Source: a bacterium 1XD42-54
GTDB taxonomy: Bacteria; Bacillota; Clostridia; Lachnospirales; Lachnospiraceae
DNA length: 32,000 nt
Reading direction: 5' to 3'
Assembly (NCBI GenBank): GCA_003612585.1
Contig: RAZH01000003.1
Span: 70,968 to 102,967 of the forward strand
The notes beneath the pieces are model-generated. The model was given only the letters and a program-made list of their open reading frames with translations, was not told the DNA's origin and did no database searches. Shown here one piece after another: positions 25,101-30,921 of this stretch. A program made the translations under genes and the position numbers. The stretch's first letter is position 1. Each line of letters starts with the position of its first letter.

Positions 25101-27723
25101 CCCCCTGCCGTTTCCATTCTGGGATAAACGGGCAGTTGGGGGAGAGGGAATATTCATAGAAATTTCGGATATGGGCGGTTAAATCCCCCTCGCCGTCGCC
25201 GATGTCAAACCGCCCCTCATAATTAAATTCCTCGCCGCCAATGACGGCATGGATTTCAAAATCGGTCTTATGATACCAGCCGACATGGTTATCCTCATTC
25301 TCCCTTTCCCGATGCTGCTTTTCGTCCAGAACGCCGAGCAGCTTATTCCCAAGAGCGAAACTCAAATCCGTAAATCGGTCGTTCAGCTCCTTGTCATAAA
25401 AGGCAGGATGCTCGGAAAATCCGATAGCGAGTGTGATACTGTCAGGCTTTTCCTCGGCAAGTGTTTCTGTTTTCTGGCTCTCGGTGATGACCGTTTTTAA
25501 ATGGTCGTTCGCAGGGTTCTCCTTTAATTTCTGCTCAAAATCCTCCCTGCTAAACTCTTTTCCGAACAACGGGAACTCCGCATTTCGCAGAGAAACGGCG
25601 TTCTCATCAAAGGCGGTAATCTCATATTTATCCGCCCCGATATACACCACGTCGCCCTCGTGATAGAGGTAGCGGAGAGGGTACAGCTCTGTAAGCTCCT
25701 GCGAAAAACGCCACGCATTGCTGCGGCTGTAAACGCTGGCTGTCTTTTTCTGCACAAGGGAGAGGAAGTCTAACATCTCCTGCACGTTGTCGGGATGCTG
25801 CAATGTCTGTTCCATAAGGTCGGCGGGCATATCCGCAAAATCCCCGCATCCAATTACGCCCAACAAATCTTTCTCATAGCCATCCAAGTCACGGATAAAG
25901 TCGGAGAGCCGCAGGGCGAGCGTGTCCCGCTTGTCCGCAGGGGGCAGCTCCCTTTTTTCCTCAATAAAACGCTGCCTTGCAAGTTTCCTCTGGGTGTCGA
26001 TTTCATACTGCGGGGCAGAGATGCTTTCCAGATAGTCGGCATAGTGGTCTTTCTCTTTGGGATTGAGGTAGCGGTTATCCTTAACAAGCTCCCGCAGCCG
26101 CATTTCCGCTTTCGACCAGCTTAAAACAAGGTCGTGTTCGGTGGAGATGCCGTCACGGTCAATGGAGATTCCCTTGCCGCTGTACCACACATACCCCTCC
26201 GTGCCGTCTGAAAAATCAACAAAGAAACCGCCCGTGCCGTATTCCCTTTTCAGAAAATCAATGTTCTTCTTTTTATCTTCCTGCTTCTGGAACTGGTGGT
26301 AAATACGGTATTTCCCATTCGCAACGCTGTTCCCTTTTACAAGGACGGCGTCAATATCCTCCTGTGAAACGGCAAAAGCAGAGGCTTTCTCGTCCTCTGC
26401 TTCAGCTATCATTTCAATCTGTTCGTCTACGGTCGGGAGATTGGCGGCAACTTCTTCCTCATTGGCAAGTGCCGTGGCTGCTTTTTCTTCCTGCCTGCCG
26501 CCGTCCGACTGCGGCTCTGGTTCTGAATTTCCTAATTGAAAATCAGCTCGTCCAGTATCATTTCCTCCGCCTGGCTGCGGATGCTGTTCATCATGCCAAG
26601 CCACTGCATCGGGGCTTTCTCTTTCAGCTCCTCCGTCACTCCCTGCTCGGCTGCTAACTGCTTCGTCAGAAGCTCCAGCCGCTGCAACGCCGTCTGCTCG
26701 GTCTGGTAAAGGTGTGCGTTCAGCCTGCTCGACGTCAGCAGATTGAGATAGGTCACTCTTTTGTGCTGTTCCAGATAATCCCTGTGCATCAAAGCGTACC
26801 TGCCAAGCGGAAGCTCTGGCTCTGTCGGTAATGTCAGGTCGGGTATAAGGTAGTCCGCCTGCTTCGTGTAAGTGATTTCGCCCATTATCTTCACTCCTTT
26901 CGGGTTGTTTCCTGCCTTTATCATACTGGCTTGCGATGTTCCTTGCAAATGTGCGGTTCTGACCTCTAGCTTCGATTTGCACATTTCGGACTGCCGCAGA
27001 GATTTCCCGCAACGCCATCTCGGAAATGTCGCTCGTGGCGATGCCGATGGCGTTCAGCGTCTGGGGCGTGTTGAAATTTGTAATCTCCGCAAAGTCCTCA
27101 CGCTCAAAATACCCGTCCGCATCCAGACCGCAGCGGCTTAACAGCATATATGCGACGCTGTTTGCGGCAAGCCGCTTATAAATCACTTCTATATTATAGT
27201 CGTCCAGTTCCTCTAAAAAGCTGTCTTTCGTGCAGCCCTTTAGCTGTGAGAGGTAATCGGGCAGATTATCCTCCACGGCGTTCTCCGCCGTCCCTATTAA
27301 AAACGTGGCAAGGTCGCCGCTCTCCGTGCCGCCGAACCTGTCCGCAAGCCGCTCCATGACGGGCTGCTCGTACCGCTTATCCATCTGCCATATCGGGACG
27401 GCTCGGCTGCCGTAGTAGCCCTCATGGGTGTCGGAAACGTCAAAATAATATTTCAGCGTGTTCCTGCGCCCTTTCGGGTCAAAGACCGCTATGCCTTTGC
27501 TGTCTTTATTTACCCACCTTTTAAAGAGCCTGTTCCATGTGCCAATCTCGGCGACTGCCGTAGCGTCGGGGCGTTGGGCGTAAATCAAGAGCTGCTCGTC
27601 AAAGCGGCACTTGTAATTGTGGCAGGCAGAGGATAAAAAGCCCTGCCAAGCCTGCGGGTTCTTTGCGACCGCCATCCCCGTGCGGCGGTACAGCTCCGTA
27701 ATAAGCTGGTACTTTGCAGCCAT
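19138..27723 (-). CDS. Polyvalent protein: ArdC-N-like module + disordered linker + conserved polyvalent-associated modules + N6-adenine DNA methyltransferase + SNF2/DEAD-like helicase + coiled-coil tail (phage P1 DarB-like architecture)
   Basis: 2861 aa from ATG 27723 (RBS AAGGAGGTG; the track ORF extends to 27786). The ArdC-N-like module spans about 26990-27723. Methyltransferase motif I is ILEPSCGTGNF (about 23524-23559) and motif IV is LGNIPFG (23347-23367). Helicase motif I is AHKVGAGKTF (about 21521-21552), motif II is IDESHFYKN (21031-21060) and motif VI is QRLGRLERQG (about 20042-20080). Confidence 0.95.
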   Translation of the reverse strand: MAAKYQLITELYRRTGMAVAKNPQAWQGFLSSACHNYKCRFDEQLLIYAQRPDATAVAEIGTWNRLFKRWVNKDSKGIAVFDPKGRRNTLKYYFDVSDTHEGYYGSRAVPIWQMDKRYEQPVMERLADRFGGTESGDLATFLIGTAENAVEDNLPDYLSQLKGCTKDSFLEELDDYNIEVIYKRLAANSVAYMLLSRCGLDADGYFEREDFAEITNFNTPQTLNAIGIATSDISEMALREISAAVRNVQIEARGQNRTFARNIASQYDKGRKQPERSEDNGRNHLHEAGGLPYTRPDITDRARASAWQVRFDAQGLSGTAQKSDLSQSADVEQAERTPLPDRADGVAAAGASDEAVSSRAGSDGGAERESPDAVAWHDEQHPQPGGGNDTGRADFQLGNSEPEPQSDGGRQEEKAATALANEEEVAANLPTVDEQIEMIAEAEDEKASAFAVSQEDIDAVLVKGNSVANGKYRIYHQFQKQEDKKKNIDFLKREYGTGGFFVDFSDGTEGYVWYSGKGISIDRDGISTEHDLVLSWSKAEMRLRELVKDNRYLNPKEKDHYADYLESISAPQYEIDTQRKLARQRFIEEKRELPPADKRDTLALRLSDFIRDLDGYEKDLLGVIGCGDFADMPADLMEQTLQHPDNVQEMLDFLSLVQKKTASVYSRSNAWRFSQELTELYPLRYLYHEGDVVYIGADKYEITAFDENAVSLRNAEFPLFGKEFSREDFEQKLKENPANDHLKTVITESQKTETLAEEKPDSITLAIGFSEHPAFYDKELNDRFTDLSFALGNKLLGVLDEKQHRERENEDNHVGWYHKTDFEIHAVIGGEEFNYEGRFDIGDGEGDLTAHIRNFYEYSLSPNCPFIPEWKRQGEDYYREKMESLRLGHDVFIPFLERNTELTPEDEKRLGKIMATEEDWFHRRKEPAEEELLEQAKGCIDAYCDAEFGGDAEVDYTDLSNVKIAFKNTEDGLHGIQASANLLQYRMETYVDGVLAKYTQYSDLADLIQNALSNLYYHDLVSLTEEQLEPFYREENTKAAENPSPDISSDATEQPPHYTVEQTSDAFADSFIIRNNEATEDSADRYYDVGGIYQTFETEEEAQEYADTLNHAEHITKLFAAKDAEREGQQRLVPAQTGTDGMQDNSDLIGKELMIDNRRYVIESVGKISGDVSMRDITFQNNAGFPINRVEKVGYVRRLLEQAEKEPQTEEKTQSRTDVTTETVAEYPAVENGLPYDIVVEKIKFDEPEHGQTIETPITAKPSAPALSADRRNYRITDDALGVGGAKEKFRNNMSAIRLLHDLQIENRLATPEEQETLAKYVGWGGLSMAFDSNNAAWENEYKELKAALSDEEYHAAMESTLTAFYTPPVVIKAMYEALDRLGFSQGNILEPSCGTGNFLGLLPDSMEKSKLHGIEIDPLSGRIAKQLYQKASIAIEGFEETKLPDSHFDVVLGNIPFGEFKVNDSRYNAQKFLIHDYFIAKALDKVRAGGVVMFITSKGTMDKASPDVRKYIAQRAELLGAVRLPDNTFRANAGTEVTSDILILQKRDRIMDIEPEWINLDTDENGVTMNSYFVQHPEMVLGEMRMESTRFGMDSVCKAYPDVPFAGLLHEAMQRINGEIPEIENEVDRISDEQEKAIPADPNVRNFSFALVGGKVYFRENNGMTPAYVSMTAENRIKGLLEIRDCVRKLIQYQTDDCPEEMIQTEQENLNRLYDAFTKKYGLINSRGNYLAFAADESYFLLCSLEVLDDEGKFKRKADMFTKRTIKPHREVTFVETASEALALSIGEKARVDLSYMARLTCRSEEEIIKELQGVIYKVPSCEPARYVTADEYLSGNVREKLKVAGIAAKSDPELAANVEALEKVIPKDLPASEISVRLGTTWIPQEDIQQFMVELLTPSSYAAGRLKVRYTAYNGDWFIENKSSDIGNVKADSTYGTKRASAYRIMEDTLNLRDTRIFDYVYDEHNNKKAVLNHKETTAAQAKQEVIKQTFQDWIWKDPERRNRLVRYYNDTFNSIRPREYDGSHITFGGISPEIQLRPHQVNAIAHILYGGNTLLAHKVGAGKTFEMVAAAQESKRLGLCQKSMFVVPNHLVGQWASEYLRLYPSANILVTTKRDFETGNRKKFCGRIATGAYDAVIIGHSQFEKIPISEERQREQLMRQLDDIEMGIDDVQASHGEQFTVKQLMKTRKAIKAKLDKLNDTKRKDSVINFEELGIDRLFIDESHFYKNLYLYTKMRNVGGIAQTEAQKSSDLFMKCRYLDEITGNRGVVFATGTPISNSMVEMYSVQRYLQYDTLARNGLQHFDSWASTFGETVTALELAPEGTNYRAKTRFAKFYNLPELMQMFREVADLQTADMLKLPVPKVNYHNIKTKPSQIQTEMVAGLAKRAEKIRARLVKPQFDNMLKVTNDGRQLALDQRLIDPMLPDDPNSKVNVCVDNIYRIWEEHADTKAAQLVFSDLSTPKNDGTFNIYDDIREKLIARGIPAEQVRFIHEANTDAQKRELFAKVRSGEVRVLLGSTPKMGAGTNVQDRLIAIHNCDCPWRPSDLEQRLGRLERQGNMFPEVEVYRYVTEQTFDAYLYQLVEGKQKFISQIMTSKSPVRSAEDMDEVALSFAEVKMLATGDERFKEKMDLDMQVAKLKVLKQSYLSEHYDLEDRILKHYPQEIKEYGERIIGYGNDAKIASRHMPQGEDKFCPMTLNGVTYKEKADAGGMLLAICKENPLSQPIQIGSYRGFQMEVFYDTVNAHYCLNLCGMRKYKVDLGTDALGNITRIENEIAKLPARLEAAKTRKEETIAQLETAKEEVKKPFAFENELKEKTERLNALNIELNLNEKDNSVIDDEPERNDEQPEKKCTDRER
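26532..26885 (-). CDS. tnpV: TnpV-like small protein nested in the +1 frame of the polyvalent ORF
   Basis: 117 aa from ATG 26885, preceded by GAAAGGAGTGAAGATA (AAGGAG, 8-nt spacing). The sequence MGEITYTKQADYLIPDLTLPTEPELPLGRYALMHRDYLEQHK ... GVTEELKEKAPMQWLGMMNSIRSQAEEMILDELIFN matches my recollection of the TnpV family of Tn4451-type elements. It has a balanced, helical composition, unlike typical out-of-frame noise. Confidence 0.55.
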   Translation of the reverse strand: MGEITYTKQADYLIPDLTLPTEPELPLGRYALMHRDYLEQHKRVTYLNLLTSSRLNAHLYQTEQTALQRLELLTKQLAAEQGVTEELKEKAPMQWLGMMNSIRSQAEEMILDELIFN

Positions 27724-27737
27724 AGGCTCACACCTCC

Positions 27738-28196
27738 TTATCGTTCCATTTCTTTGTTTTTCTGCTTCCTGTCGTATTCCCCGCACCGTTCGGCGATTTC
27801 GGAATACATCTTTTCCCGCATGTCCCGCTCATAGGCTCGGTATTCCCTTGCCTTTTCCGTGGGCTTGTACCAGACGCTGTTCTGGTCGGCTTCGTCCATC
27901 TGCTCATAGCGGTCGTCTATCTTATCCATATATTTCTGATAGATGGCATGGGCGGCGGGGGCGTCCTTTGCGTAGCGGTAACGGGCAAGGCTCTTATGCG
28001 TCCCACGAAGCTCGGCATACTCATAGAGCATACGGATGACCTCACGGTCAAGCCCTTTCTGCCCCTCGGCGTCATAGATTTCCGACAGTCCCTTACATCT
28101 CCATGAGTGGTACGGAGAAGTGTCGTTGGAGCTGTGGGAAGATACATACACGCCGTCTTTCTTTACCGTGATGCGGTTGATAAGCTCGGTACTCAT
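27738..28196 (-). CDS. Conserved hypothetical protein
   Basis: 152 aa. Its stop lies inside the RBS region of the polyvalent gene. It ends KQKNKEMER. No recognisable domain. Confidence 0.78.
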   Translation of the reverse strand: MSTELINRITVKKDGVYVSSHSSNDTSPYHSWRCKGLSEIYDAEGQKGLDREVIRMLYEYAELRGTHKSLARYRYAKDAPAAHAIYQKYMDKIDDRYEQMDEADQNSVWYKPTEKAREYRAYERDMREKMYSEIAERCGEYDRKQKNKEMER

Positions 28197-28267
28197 TTCT
28201 TACCACCGCCCGATAAAACAGTCTGTTTCATAAAAATATCAATCCTCCTCGTTGTCCATGCCCGCCT

Positions 28268-28492
28268 TTAGGCAGGGGCATAGCTGATTTTGTTTTGTTC
28301 CATCCTCCGTGCAAACTCCCGAACGGCGTACCTTACGCCGTCAATCTCTGCATGGACTTCGTCCAGATAGCGGCAGACGGCAAAATAATCTTCCCCGTTC
28401 CCGTAAAGCATACGGATGATGCCGCCATCAGAGACAGAAAAAAGCGTCCTGCCTTTGCTGTCTGTCATGCAGACCTGCCTTGCTGCGCTCAT
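28268..28492 (-). CDS. Small hypothetical protein
   Basis: 74 aa. Its ATG 28492 forms an ATGA overlap with the stop of the upstream 68-aa gene. Confidence 0.65.
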   Translation of the reverse strand: MSAARQVCMTDSKGRTLFSVSDGGIIRMLYGNGEDYFAVCRYLDEVHAEIDGVRYAVREFARRMEQNKISYAPA

Positions 28493-28695
28493 TCCATCCC
28501 ACCTCCCAGAAATGAGATGACCTTGTTCCCCTTGATGCTCTTTTGCAGCTCGTTGATGAGCGTGATGTCCGCCACCGTGATTCCCTGCATGGAGAGAATG
28601 TCGTCCATTGTCATGGCGGCGATGGCTTTTTCTTCGGTAAAGCCCGCTTCAAATATCTTATTTAAAACCTTAACGGCTTTCTGGTTGACTGCCAT
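28489..28695 (-). CDS. Small hypothetical protein
   Basis: 68 aa with RBS TAGGAGGTATGGGAT before ATG 28695. It sits 12 nt after the upstream gene's stop. Confidence 0.65.
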   Translation of the reverse strand: MAVNQKAVKVLNKIFEAGFTEEKAIAAMTMDDILSMQGITVADITLINELQKSIKGNKVISFLGGGME

Positions 28696-28707
28696 ATCCC
28701 ATACCTC

Positions 28708-29406
28708 CTATCGCTCATGGTTTTTGTGCTTCGGAGCTTTCTGCGCCGCCTGCGGCTCTTGCGGCTTCGGCTCGCAGCTATGCCCGTTCCTTTCCATACG
28801 CTCGGCAAACTCGCAGATGTGATAAAGGTTGCTGCCCACTTCGGTATGGTATTCGTCAATGAAACGGCAGCTCTTTTCCGCCTTTTCCCCCCAATCATAA
28901 GTGATAATGATTTTCCCGCCATCTGGGATGCGGAACAGCTCTTTATAATGTGGGTCGATAAAGCGGATTCCCTGTTCCGCTCTGGATATATGCTTATCGA
29001 GCCATTCTTTCACATAGCAATAGCAGTAAAAATTGTAATCGCCCTTTGTCGGGTTGCAGCGGAGCAGGAAAGCGTGCTTATCGGTGTCCACACGGAATCC
29101 GTACTCGGTACAGTAATTACCCTTAAAGGCACTTTCGGGATTCTCCCTCGCAAATACCGCCATGTCATAGCGATTGTGCAGAAGCCCCTTATCTTCACGC
29201 AGGGTATTGATAACATCGTCCAGTCCTGCCTTAAATTCATCGGTTTTCCATTGTTCCCTCGTATCCGTCCAAGAAGTATAAAAGCCATATCCAGAGGGGG
29301 CAAAATCACCTCGGAGATGCCCAATACATCCCGTCTGCCCTTCAAGCTGCATACTCTGGGCGTAGGTGTATTTCTGTTCTGGCTGCGTCAAAGCCCGTAC
29401 CTCCAT
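28708..29406 (-). CDS. Conserved hypothetical protein (Cys/aromatic-rich; unknown function)
   Basis: 232 aa from ATG 29406, which forms an ATGA overlap with the upstream gene's stop; the track ORF extends to 29481. It ends APKHKNHER. Confidence 0.8.
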   Translation of the reverse strand: MEVRALTQPEQKYTYAQSMQLEGQTGCIGHLRGDFAPSGYGFYTSWTDTREQWKTDEFKAGLDDVINTLREDKGLLHNRYDMAVFARENPESAFKGNYCTEYGFRVDTDKHAFLLRCNPTKGDYNFYCYCYVKEWLDKHISRAEQGIRFIDPHYKELFRIPDGGKIIITYDWGEKAEKSCRFIDEYHTEVGSNLYHICEFAERMERNGHSCEPKPQEPQAAQKAPKHKNHER

Positions 29407-30011
29407 CAGCGTTCCTCCCTGCTCTTTGATTTTTTTGTTTTTTCCTGTTCCTTGATTTTTGCGAGGGCTTCTTTTGCCCATTCAGGCATCTTCTCTGGCT
29501 TGATTTCCCCAAGCACGTCGCACCGTTCCCATCGGGCGTGCTTTCCGTCCGCAAGGGAAGTGCCGAACACCGCCTGCCCCCTGCCGCCCAACGCACCGTG
29601 ACCGCCGTCCGCCAGTACAAGCTGGTAGGCAGAATGCCTGTACTCATGGCGGTTGACCTCGGCATTGATGACCACGACCTTGCCCACAATGCTGCCACAT
29701 TTGTCGTCTGGGATGCAGTCGTCTATGGTAAACGGGGTCATGTCAAACTTGAACTGTTCCTGCTCGGCTCTTACATTCTCTATCTGTTCCTGCACCCTGT
29801 CGGTAAACATCTGCATGGCTTCCAGATAGTCGTCAGAGCCGACCGCATCCGTCACCCATTCTGCGGACAGCGGGTTGTCGTAAGTGCAATAGCAGACAAG
29901 ATACGGGTATTCCTCTTTCTCATCTATGCCGAACACGACTTCCTTTTTTCCGATGTGGATGCTCTGCGTGACCTCGTAGGAGCTAATCATCCGCTTTTCT
30001 TCATTCTCCAT
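29406..30011 (-). CDS. Conserved hypothetical protein
   Basis: 201 aa with RBS AAGGAAGGAG. It ends KTKKSKSREER. Confidence 0.8.
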   Translation of the reverse strand: MENEEKRMISSYEVTQSIHIGKKEVVFGIDEKEEYPYLVCYCTYDNPLSAEWVTDAVGSDDYLEAMQMFTDRVQEQIENVRAEQEQFKFDMTPFTIDDCIPDDKCGSIVGKVVVINAEVNRHEYRHSAYQLVLADGGHGALGGRGQAVFGTSLADGKHARWERCDVLGEIKPEKMPEWAKEALAKIKEQEKTKKSKSREER

Positions 30012-30159
30012 CGGGATTCTCCTTCCTTTTCTTTTTCTCCCTCTGCCAGTCTAAAACCTTTCGGATACAGACGTCGCAGAAGATAACACGGCTGTCCTTA
30101 TATCGGGGGTAAGGACAATCCGTGCAGTCATATTTCTTTTCCTTACCGCTCTCGGTCAT
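30001..30159 (-). CDS. Unlisted small CxxC...CxxC zinc-ribbon-like protein
   Basis: Hand translation gives 52 aa: MTESGKEKKYDCTDCPYPRYKDSRVIFCDVCIRKVLDWQREKKKRKENPDGE. It fills the otherwise empty 30012-30142 gap and overlaps both neighbours (17 nt and 11 nt). The RBS is only weak (AAGGCG, about 12 nt upstream). Confidence 0.4.
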   Translation of the reverse strand: MTESGKEKKYDCTDCPYPRYKDSRVIFCDVCIRKVLDWQREKKKRKENPDGE

Positions 30160-30418
30160 CGTGCTGCTTCGCCTTTTTATCGGGCTGTTGATTGTATGGC
30201 ATCTGGCACTCCGACTGGTAGCGTTTGTTCAGCTTTTCCCTCGCCGCTTCAAGGGTGTTGCAGTAGCAGCCCCAATAGTAGTTGTCGCCGCCCTTGCAGT
30301 ACCAGCATACATAAGGGTTCGGGGCTGTCGGGTGATGCCCGATGACAAGCTCCGTGTTCCCGATAGTGCAGCCCTCTATGATTTCATAGCCCTGATTGGA
30401 GCGTGTTCCACCGTCCAT
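30143..30418 (-). CDS. Small Cys/Tyr-rich hypothetical protein
   Basis: 91 aa from ATG 30418 (RBS AGAGGAGGA; the track ORF extends to 30469). Motif PYVCWYCKGGDNYYWGCYC. It ends KKAKQHDDRER. Confidence 0.7.
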   Translation of the reverse strand: MDGGTRSNQGYEIIEGCTIGNTELVIGHHPTAPNPYVCWYCKGGDNYYWGCYCNTLEAAREKLNKRYQSECQMPYNQQPDKKAKQHDDRER

Positions 30419-30452
30419 AGGCGTTCCTCCTCTCTTTGGATTTTTTAATGTT

Positions 30453-30758
30453 TCAAGATTCTTTGGCATATCTGCGGTATGCCTTTTCGCCTCTGGCTCT
30501 GATTTTCTGCATCCGCACGCTCCCTAAAAGCTCTGGGCATTTCTCCTGCAATTTGCGGCGTGTCCTGCCCACGCTCTCAAAGCTCGGCAAGCCAAGTTCC
30601 TTATGGTTCAGCAGTATCTGGGCAAGCGGCATAGCCCCCGCATCTTTCAGATAAAGGTTGCAGAGGGCAAGGTACAGCACCATGTCGTCATTTCTGGCGT
30701 CCTCATTCTCTTGCAGGACGGCTCTGACTTTGCCCTCAATGGTTTTCAGATTTTCCAT
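30453..30758 (-). CDS. Conserved hypothetical protein
   Basis: 101 aa from ATG 30758 (RBS GGAGGT; the track ORF extends to 30806). Sequence MENLKTIEGKVRAVLQENEDARNDDMVLY ... No family is assigned with confidence. Confidence 0.72.
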   Translation of the reverse strand: MENLKTIEGKVRAVLQENEDARNDDMVLYLALCNLYLKDAGAMPLAQILLNHKELGLPSFESVGRTRRKLQEKCPELLGSVRMQKIRARGEKAYRRYAKES

Positions 30759-30832
30759 GTCTACCTCCATACATGGAAAAAGGGCGGTCGTTGAAAACCG
30801 CCCCAATCCACATCAGTAAAATATTTCTCAAA

Positions 30833-30916
30833 CTATTTTCTGCGGAGATGCAGCCACGCAGCCGCACCGCCGATAAACGCCACAAGCACAATGGCTATAA
30901 TAGTCTTATCTCTCAT
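30833..30916 (-). CDS. Unlisted 27-aa hydrophobic micro-protein
   Basis: Hand translation gives MRDKTIIAIVLVAFIGGAAAWLHLRRK. Strong RBS (AAGGAGGA) 9 nt before ATG 30916. It lies between the adhesin gene and the next gene. Its MRD + TM layout matches the 15400-15564 peptide. Confidence 0.4.
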   Translation of the reverse strand: MRDKTIIAIVLVAFIGGAAAWLHLRRK

Positions 30917-30921
30917 TCTGT

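Noticed and set aside
25524-26087. Three same-strand nested ORFs (73-77 aa) inside the polyvalent gene. Similar ones occur at 19760-20092, 20691-20918 and 24663-24890.
   Set aside because: Their translations are Arg/Cys/Pro-rich noise without RBSs or family resemblance, unlike the TnpV-like nested ORF at 26532-26885.
27724-27786. N-terminal extensions of track ORFs, here 21 codons on the polyvalent ORF. Others are at 1259-1285, 1923-1931, 5650-5670, 8476-8664, 12031-12039, 15121-15183, 29407-29481, 30419-30469 and 30759-30806.
   Set aside because: In each case an internal ATG has a canonical GGAGG-type RBS at 6-10 nt. The extension also overlaps the upstream gene or starts at a GTG lying inside that RBS.
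28245-28285. Hairpin-like sequence ATGCCCGCCTTTAGGCAGGGGCAT at the end of the 74-aa gene, considered as a terminator
   Set aside because: The stem is only about 6 bp with bulges, it overlaps the stop codon, and no U-tract follows. The next gene follows in the same tightly packed array.
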